Source: Polyangiaceae bacterium (GTDB lineage: Bacteria; Myxococcota_A; Polyangia; Polyangiales; Polyangiaceae). Taken from it: DNA of 64,000 bases. The stretch covers positions 640,001 through 704,000 of the forward strand of contig JANRKO010000006.1 of assembly GCA_033763455.1 (NCBI GenBank), written 5' to 3'. Positions 57,501 through 64,000 of the stretch are shown in pieces. A model generated the notes under the pieces. That model was not told the DNA's origin. It was given only the letters and a program-made list of their open reading frames with translations, and did no database searches. The position numbers and the translations under genes were made by a program. The stretch's first letter is position 1. Each line of letters starts with the position of its first letter.

Positions 57501-57572
57501 AAAACCTAATGAGGGTTCGACGTAAAAACCTAATAATGGTACAACTCAATAACCTTATGAGGGCACACTGAG
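57501..57572 (+). repeat. Three 24-bp-period direct repeats (core AACCTWATRAKGG), candidate operators of the Fic gene
   Basis: AAAACCTAATGAGGG at 57501, AAAACCTAATAATGG at 57525, ATAACCTTATGAGGG at 57549. Confidence 0.7.
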
Positions 57573-57580
57573 GACCCGCG

Positions 57581-59143
57581 ATGCCCACACCGCAAGAGAA
57601 GCTCGCACAATCGCTAGAGGCTCTGCATGAGCTGCAGGCGCGGGGCGTCGCCGCGATTCGTTCCGGCGCCCTGAGCCGCACCGATCGTGAGCGGCTCTTG
57701 GCGAGCGGCTTTCTGATGGAGGTGATGAAGGGGTGGTACATCCCCTCGCGACCGGAGGAGGCCGCTGGCGATAGTACGGCATGGTACGCGTCGTTCTGGG
57801 ACTTCTGCGGCGCGTATCTCACTGACCGCTTTGGTCAGGAGTGGTGCCTCTCGCCCGAGCAGTCTTTGTCACTGCACGGGGGCAACCGCTCTGTCCCCCG
57901 GCAGCTGTTCGTGCGTGCCCCAAAGGGCGGCAACAAGCCGCTTCCGCTGCCGCACAGTACATCCCTGTTTGACATGCGCGCTTCGCTTCCTGCCCGGCGC
58001 AAAGTGGTGCTGCTCGATGGCCTACGTCTCTTCTCTATTTCCGCGGCGCTGGTCGGCGCTTCTGAGCTTTTCTTCCGTCATGCTTCGACAGATGTTCGCG
58101 CAGCCATGGCAGCTGTCAACGACGCGTCAGACTTGCTGGCGTTGCTGCTCGAAGGCGGGCACAGCACGATCGCGGGAAGAATCGCCGGCGCCTTTCGCAG
58201 CACAGGGCAACAGAAGATTGCGGATGAGATCGTGAGAACGATGGAGAAAGCGGGGTACACGGTTCGAGAAAGCAATCCATTTGCCGACGCACCTCCAGCC
58301 CTACTGCAACCGCGCGATCCATCACCGTACGTCAACCGCGTGCGGCTGATGTGGCAAGCGATGCGGGAGCCGGTCTTGGCAACCTTCTCTGCCGCGCCAG
58401 GCCTGCCGCAGAATAGAGATGCCTATCTCGAAGCCGTGGATGATCTCTACGTCAGGGACGCCTATCACTCGTTGTCGATCGAAGGCTATCGAGTGAGTCC
58501 GGCGTTGATCGAGCGCGTGCGGAGCGGGACGTGGAACCCGGACGTAAATCCGCAGGATCGCGAGAGTCGGGATGCCCTTGCGGCGCGGGGTTACTACGAC
58601 GCGTTCGTCAGCGTCAAAGCGAGTGTCGCTAAGGTGCTTTCGGGCGGAAACGCGGGAAAGATCGGTCAGGATGATCATCGCGACTGGTATCGTCAGCTGT
58701 TTGGCCCGAGCGTAACTGCCGGACTCATCCGGGCGTCGGATCTTGCCGGCTACCGGAGTGGCCCAGTCTACATACGACGATCGAAGCACGTGCCTCCACC
58801 ACGCGAAGCCGTGCGCGATTGCATGCCTGTTTTGTTCGAGCTACTCGCGGCCGAGGCTGAGCCCGCTATCCGCGTCGTGCTGGGGCACTTTCTGTTCGTC
58901 TACATCCACCCGTACCCGGACGGCAACGGCCGGATGGGTCGTTTCCTGATGAACCTGATGCTCGCGTCGGGGAGTTATCCCTGGACGATCGTCCCGGTGG
59001 AACGCCGAGGCGACTACATGGCCGCTCTCGAAGCAGCGAGCGTGGGACAGGACATTCGTCCATTCGCGCGGTTCTTAGGCGAGCTCGTCGATGCCCGCCT
59101 TCACGGACAGGGAGCGCCCTCCGTGCCAACCGGCGGAACCTAG
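57581..59143 (+). CDS. Fic-family protein with long N-terminal region
   Basis: HPYPDGNGRMGR catalytic motif; SLSIEG inhibitory-helix motif; GAGG RBS. Confidence 0.92.
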   Translation: MPTPQEKLAQSLEALHELQARGVAAIRSGALSRTDRERLLASGFLMEVMKGWYIPSRPEEAAGDSTAWYASFWDFCGAYLTDRFGQEWCLSPEQSLSLHGGNRSVPRQLFVRAPKGGNKPLPLPHSTSLFDMRASLPARRKVVLLDGLRLFSISAALVGASELFFRHASTDVRAAMAAVNDASDLLALLLEGGHSTIAGRIAGAFRSTGQQKIADEIVRTMEKAGYTVRESNPFADAPPALLQPRDPSPYVNRVRLMWQAMREPVLATFSAAPGLPQNRDAYLEAVDDLYVRDAYHSLSIEGYRVSPALIERVRSGTWNPDVNPQDRESRDALAARGYYDAFVSVKASVAKVLSGGNAGKIGQDDHRDWYRQLFGPSVTAGLIRASDLAGYRSGPVYIRRSKHVPPPREAVRDCMPVLFELLAAEAEPAIRVVLGHFLFVYIHPYPDGNGRMGRFLMNLMLASGSYPWTIVPVERRGDYMAALEAASVGQDIRPFARFLGELVDARLHGQGAPSVPTGGT

Positions 59144-59322
59144 CAGTCAGTGGGCGTCAAATGATTGGGTGTCGTGCTCTGCCGTGCTTCGCGCAAAGCT
59201 CGGAGTCCTCCCTCCCGACCCGGCGGCCGCTGTCAAAACGAGGCCCGAACTCGAACCTGCGGCCCCCCAAAGGTTCGAAATCTGTGCGATGAGCGATCTG
59301 TGTGCGATGCTAGGAAGGCCGT

Positions 59323-60432
59323 ATGTCGCTCAAAATTGATCAAGATCATTCGCGCTTTCGCAACATTGTTCGCGGCAAGATCCGCCAGAACTTGAAGCGC
59401 TACATCTCTCAAGGGGAGATGATAGGCCGGAAGGGCAAAGATCTGGTCTCTATCCCTGTGCCGCAGATCGACATTCCAAGGTTCGTCTTTGGGGACAAGC
59501 AGAACGGTGGTGCCGGCCAAGGTGAGGGGGAAGTGGGGGAGGCGCTGGGCGGGGAGGAGCAAGAGGGGGACGGCAAGGGGAAGGCGGGCGAAGGCGCGGG
59601 CGAGCACATGCTCGAAGTGGACGTTACGCTGGACGAGCTAGCGGAGATTTTGGGTGAGGAGTTGGAGCTGCCAGCGATTGAGAATAAGGGCAAGAGCCGC
59701 ATTGTTGCCGCGCGCGATCGCTACTCGGGAATTCGCAGGGTGGGCCCCGAATCATTGCGGCATTTCAAACGCACTTACAAGGAAGCCTTGCGCCGCACCA
59801 TCGCGGCCGGCACCTATACTCCCGACAATCCCATCATCGTTCCCCAGCGTGAGGATCGGCGTTACCGCTCATGGAAGGAAGATTTTGAGCCGGTGGCCAA
59901 CGCCGTCATCATCTACATGATGGACGTTTCCGGTTCGATGGGGGACGAGCAGAAAGAGATTGTTCGCATTGAGAGCTTCTGGATCGATACGTGGCTGCGC
60001 CGGTACTACAAAGGCCTCGAAAGCCGCTACATCATTCACGACGCGGTGGCGCGTGAGGTAGATCGCGATACCTTCTTCAAGACGCGCGAATCTGGCGGCA
60101 CCATGATCTCGAGTGCGTATCGCTTGTGTGAACAAATCATCGAACAGAATTACCCATTTGAGGAATGGAACATCTACCCCTTTCACTTTTCCGATGGTGA
60201 TAATTGGTCGATGGATGACACCCTCGCGTGCATTGATCTCCTGAAGAAATCGCTGCTCTCGCGCGTGAATATGTTCGGCTACGGCCAGGTGGAAAGCCCG
60301 TACGGCTCTGGGCAATTCATCAAAGATTTGAAGGAGCACTTTGGTAGCGATGAACGCGTCATCACGAGCGAAATTCGGGATCGCGAAGCGATTGTGGGGA
60401 GCATCAAAGACTTTCTAGGTAAGGGAAAATAG
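59323..60432 (+). CDS. DUF444 (YeaH/YhbH) family vWA-like protein
   Basis: DHSRFR.IVRG, Gly-rich linker, [25 protein letters not shown]. Confidence 0.92.
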   Translation: MSLKIDQDHSRFRNIVRGKIRQNLKRYISQGEMIGRKGKDLVSIPVPQIDIPRFVFGDKQNGGAGQGEGEVGEALGGEEQEGDGKGKAGEGAGEHMLEVDVTLDELAEILGEELELPAIENKGKSRIVAARDRYSGIRRVGPESLRHFKRTYKEALRRTIAAGTYTPDNPIIVPQREDRRYRSWKEDFEPVANAVIIYMMDVSGSMGDEQKEIVRIESFWIDTWLRRYYKGLESRYIIHDAVAREVDRDTFFKTRESGGTMISSAYRLCEQIIEQNYPFEEWNIYPFHFSDGDNWSMDDTLACIDLLKKSLLSRVNMFGYGQVESPYGSGQFIKDLKEHFGSDERVITSEIRDREAIVGSIKDFLGKGK

Positions 60433-60433
60433 T

Positions 60434-61999
60434 ATGGTGGATTTTGGATCGCACACTTCGCTGCCGAAGTACCTTCGGGTTGAACAGGAGAAAATTGCGG
60501 CAATTGCGCGCGATTACGGTCTCGATTTCTTTCCCGTAATCCTCGAGATGCTGAGTTACGACCAGATGAACGAGATTGCGGCGTACGGCGGCTTTCCGAA
60601 TCGCTATCCGCATTGGCGCTTCGGGATGGAATATGAGCGGCTCGCCAAGAGTACCGAATATGGGCTTTCAAAGATCTACGAGCTCGTCATCAACAATAAT
60701 CCTTCGTATGCCTACTTGCTCGAAGGAAATAGCCTCACCGATCAGAAGTTGGTGATGTGCCATGTGTACGGGCACGTAGATTTCTTTAAGAACAATTTCG
60801 CCTTCCGCGCGACAGATCTTGATACGGTGGGGCAAGTAGTGGGTGCGCGCTCCACTAGCGGAGATAGTTATCAGCCCAACCGCAAGTGGATCGACAAGAT
60901 GGCCAACCATGGAGCCACGGTGCGCAGAATCATCGATCGACACGGGATCGAGAAAACGGAAGAACTGATTGATGTTTGCCTCTCGCTGGAGAATTTGATC
61001 GATCCGTGGCTTCCCTTTGTGGTTCGGCGCCGCGATGAGCGCACCGAAGAAGAGCCGGGTGAGGTGGAGGTTCCGAAGCTCAAGGCTAAGGAATACATGG
61101 ATGATTTCATCAACCCCGCGGAATACATGGCTGAGGAGAAGCGCCGCCTCACCCAAGAGCGCGACGACAAGAAGGGGAAGTTCCCCGCCCATCCCCAACG
61201 CGATGTGCTCCTCTTTTTGATGGAGAATGCTCCACTGGAACGCTGGGAGTTGGAAATTTTGGGAGCAATGCGCGAAGAGGCTTATTACTTTGTGCCGCAG
61301 ATGCAGACCAAGATCATGAATGAGGGTTGGGCGAGCTACTTCCACTCCAAGCTCATGACAGAGCGGGTGTGTGATTGGAGCGAGATTGTGGACTACGCGG
61401 ACAACAACGCGGGCGTGATGGCAACTTCCAAAGGGCAACTCAATCCTTACAAGCTCGGGGTGGAGCTCTTTCGGAACATTGAGGAGCGTTGGAACAAGGG
61501 TCGCTTCGGCCGCGAGTGGGAAGAGTGCGACGACCTCGACGAGAAGAAGAACTGGGATCTTCGCTTGGGGCTCGGCCGTGAAAAGCTATTCGAGGTGCGC
61601 GCTATGTACAACGACGTTACCTTTATCGATGAATTCCTGACGCCAGAATTCTGCATCGAACATAAGCTGTTTTCGTTCGGTTGGTCTAACCGCAATGAAC
61701 GCTACGAGATTGAGTCGCGTGAGTTCCACAAAGTCAAAGATAAGCTGTTGTCGCAGCTGACCAACTTTGGTAATCCCGTGATTTGCGTAGAAGACGCGAA
61801 TTTTGAGAATCGCGGCGAGCTTTTGCTGCGGCACGAGCATCGCGGCATTGATTTGCGTATGGATTACGCCAAAGAGACCCTGGCCGCGTTGGTGCGCCTC
61901 TGGAAGCGCCCGGTGTGCCTGCTCACGCAGGTTGAGAACAAGAAAACGATTTTGCGGTTCGACGGCAAAGAACACACAAGCAAGAGCGAAGGTGCGTAA
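60434..61999 (+). CDS. spoVR: SpoVR (YcgB) family protein
   Basis: [47 protein letters not shown]. Confidence 0.93.
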   Translation: MVDFGSHTSLPKYLRVEQEKIAAIARDYGLDFFPVILEMLSYDQMNEIAAYGGFPNRYPHWRFGMEYERLAKSTEYGLSKIYELVINNNPSYAYLLEGNSLTDQKLVMCHVYGHVDFFKNNFAFRATDLDTVGQVVGARSTSGDSYQPNRKWIDKMANHGATVRRIIDRHGIEKTEELIDVCLSLENLIDPWLPFVVRRRDERTEEEPGEVEVPKLKAKEYMDDFINPAEYMAEEKRRLTQERDDKKGKFPAHPQRDVLLFLMENAPLERWELEILGAMREEAYYFVPQMQTKIMNEGWASYFHSKLMTERVCDWSEIVDYADNNAGVMATSKGQLNPYKLGVELFRNIEERWNKGRFGREWEECDDLDEKKNWDLRLGLGREKLFEVRAMYNDVTFIDEFLTPEFCIEHKLFSFGWSNRNERYEIESREFHKVKDKLLSQLTNFGNPVICVEDANFENRGELLLRHEHRGIDLRMDYAKETLAALVRLWKRPVCLLTQVENKKTILRFDGKEHTSKSEGA

Positions 62000-62024
62000 G
62001 CCACTCTTGGGTTGGGAGCTGTTC

Positions 62025-63212
62025 GTGCCGAATCCCCGGAAACTCCACTTACTCCCAGCAAGTGTGGCATTTTTGTGCTTTCTGTCGCTTTCCTGCGGAG
62101 CACCGCTTAAGCCCGCAGCCCCGCAAGTCACGAAAGCTCCGTCCGCCTCGGTCCCAGTCGCGCAGCCGTCTCTAGCGCCACCCAGCGCGTCGGTCGTCCA
62201 GGAGGGCCCCGCTCAGCCGAGCCCGAGCGTCGCCGCTAACGAGTCGCCGGAGGTTGGAACTGGAGAGCAATTGGCGCGTCAGGATGGAGCTCCAGCGGAT
62301 GAAAGCTTGAGCGCGGGTGATCGCGCATTTGAGGCCGAAGATTGGCGAGCTGCGCGCCGCGCCTTTGAGCGGGCCCGTTCAAAATCGCCGCAAGATCCGG
62401 CTGCCTATGTTGGCCTTGCCCGGGTGCTGCTGGCCGAAAAGAACATCCCTTTGGATTTCGCAGCACGGCCCAAAGATCCTTCGGCGCATGCGGCACTCTC
62501 GTTGGTGGACAAAGCCCTTGCCAAGGATGCCGACTATGGGCTGGCCCAGCTGGAGCGTGGGCGAATCCTGCTCATCCTGGGTGAAGCGGAGCAGGCGTTG
62601 GTGAGTTTCTCGAAGGCACGGGCGCTCTTGCCGAAGAATGCTGAAGCGCATGGTGGATGGGCCGTAGCACTACTGGCGACCGGCAAGCCGAGCGAAGCCC
62701 TCGCGGGTTTCAAGGAAGCGGCACGTTTGGACGCAGGGAGCGCGGCTCGCCTTGGGAATCTCGGGACGGCTTACATGATGCTGGGGCAGGTGGGGGAGGC
62801 GCTTCGTGTTTATCGAAAAGCCGCACAAATTGCTCCAGATGATGCCCGGGTCCAGGGAGATCTCGGAACGGCCCTGCTCGCCCAGAATCAGCCGGCCGAG
62901 GCGTTGCCCTTCCTGGAGCGGGCTCATCGCCTTGCTCCGGATCATGCCACGTTTCTGTCGAACATCGGTTACGCTCAACAAGTGCAGGGACAGCTTGAGC
63001 TCGCCGTTGCGAGCTACCGGCAAGCCTTAAAACTTGACCCGAAGCTTGCCTCCGCATGGATCAATCTCGGAACTGCCTTGGCGCGCCAGCAGAAGTTAAG
63101 GGAAGCGGAAGTAGCGCTGAAGCGGGCGCTGGAGCTAGATCCAACCGATCCCCGCGCCAAAGTGAACCTCGAAGAGTTGAGAGCGCTCTTGAAACCTGGC
63201 GCTGCGCCTTGA
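62025..63212 (+). CDS. Tetratricopeptide-repeat lipoprotein
   Basis: GGGAG then GTG at 62025; SLSC lipobox; multiple canonical TPRs (NLGTAY..G..A...Y.KA...P). Confidence 0.85.
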   Translation: MPNPRKLHLLPASVAFLCFLSLSCGAPLKPAAPQVTKAPSASVPVAQPSLAPPSASVVQEGPAQPSPSVAANESPEVGTGEQLARQDGAPADESLSAGDRAFEAEDWRAARRAFERARSKSPQDPAAYVGLARVLLAEKNIPLDFAARPKDPSAHAALSLVDKALAKDADYGLAQLERGRILLILGEAEQALVSFSKARALLPKNAEAHGGWAVALLATGKPSEALAGFKEAARLDAGSAARLGNLGTAYMMLGQVGEALRVYRKAAQIAPDDARVQGDLGTALLAQNQPAEALPFLERAHRLAPDHATFLSNIGYAQQVQGQLELAVASYRQALKLDPKLASAWINLGTALARQQKLREAEVALKRALELDPTDPRAKVNLEELRALLKPGAAP

Positions 63213-63306
63213 TGCAGCGGGAATCCCTGCGCCTTGTGTTAGATTGCCTCTCTGGCCAGCTTCACGTGAATAAGATTGGGAGTGGCGGCCTTCGCTTGCG
63301 TGTTTC

Positions 63307-63816
63307 TCAGACTAGCGGTACTGCCTTCAATCGACGGCGTTTTGAGGCGCTCACTGCGTTGTCGAGGGCTTCGCCGAGTTCAATCATCGTGGCAGGTTTG
63401 CCGACAATTCCTGCCAGCTTGCTGCGCAGCGCGGGATTTAGCCCTTCAATCTGGCCGCTGTGAACGACGCAAGTGAGGTTGGGATGCACCGCGAGCGCGG
63501 CTTCGAGCAGCGCTTCTCCCCGCATTCCAGGCATATCGAGGTCGGTGAGCAAGACATCAAAGTGCTGCACACCAAGCTGTTGCAGGGCCGTAGCGGCGCT
63601 GGGTGCGGCCGTAATGTTCCAGTTGGGGCGCGTGGCTTTCAATACGCGCTGCAAAGTCCGCAGAATCAACGGATCATCGTCGACCGCGAGGATTTGTGGT
63701 TTGCCCGAAGCACTCGGGGGACGGCGAACCACGGTGCTTTCGGGGGGCAACGTTCCGAGAATCGGAGCCTCGACTTGAGTGGAACTGTACGGATGCCAGA
63801 TGAAGGTGCGTGCCAT
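63307..63816 (-). CDS. Response regulator receiver protein
   Basis: ILAVDDD, LTDLDMPGMRG, VHSG, GKP; start uncertain. Confidence 0.85.
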   Translation of the reverse strand: MARTFIWHPYSSTQVEAPILGTLPPESTVVRRPPSASGKPQILAVDDDPLILRTLQRVLKATRPNWNITAAPSAATALQQLGVQHFDVLLTDLDMPGMRGEALLEAALAVHPNLTCVVHSGQIEGLNPALRSKLAGIVGKPATMIELGEALDNAVSASKRRRLKAVPLV

Positions 63817-64000
63817 TGGATTGACGCTTCTGCAAGACTTTGGCCAAAGGCTTGAGAGTTCCCTGATCGGCCTGTTTTGTCGCGGATCTTGAGGAATCGT
63901 TCAAGGTTTGAACCACGACCGTCTCAGACAGCGACGGAACGGCGTGGTGCCAGGCGTCTCGCTCTGGGAAACGTGCGAAACCGAGACGACTTTCTAATCC

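Noticed and set aside
57501..57572. Mini CRISPR array
   Set aside because: The period is only 24 bp with ~11-bp variable parts, there are three degenerate units, and no cas genes are present.
59251..59285. tRNA fragment or att site (GGTTCGAAATC) bounding the Fic gene
   Set aside because: No cloverleaf, no convincing direct repeat on the other flank, and no integrase.
61803..62024. Extended start of the TPR gene overlapping spoVR
   Set aside because: The RBS and lipoprotein signal support the GTG at 62025.
63838..63913. Short palindromes CTTTGGCCAAAG and GTTCAA-GGT-TTGAAC upstream of the last regulator
   Set aside because: Too short to distinguish from chance, and the context is truncated at the window edge.

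Overview
A gene-dense, GC-rich chromosomal window, most likely from a myxobacterium (Myxococcota, Polyangiaceae/Sorangium-like). The assignment rests on a MYXO-CTERM protein, an MXAN_5187-like protein, a split nuoEF-JKLMN operon and a mevalonate cluster. Housekeeping content includes trxB, family-4 UDG, lexA, exbB-exbD-tonB, a 5'-nucleotidase, ychF, nuoE/F/J/K/L/M/N, hisC, the mevalonate/isoprenoid genes (mvaA, PMK-like kinase, mvaD, mvk, HAD phosphatase, polyprenyl synthase, fni), trpF, glnE, hemB, DUF444 and spoVR. Many lipoproteins and envelope proteins are interspersed. I found no rRNA, tRNA, CRISPR array, integrase or transposase. The most notable candidates are: (1) a lipid-anchored, lamin-tail-domain protein with a His-swivel plus ATP-grasp dikinase module in the glucan-water-dikinase order (48213-51161); (2) a solitary Fic gene with a possible AbiEi-like N-terminus, preceded by three AT-rich operator-like repeats at an exact 24-bp period (57501-59143); (3) a metzincin fused to six beta-prism lectin-like repeats (4572-6281); (4) NuoL and NuoM with unusual extensions; (5) a recurrent leaderless-promoter architecture. 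All family calls come from motif recognition by eye, not database searches.
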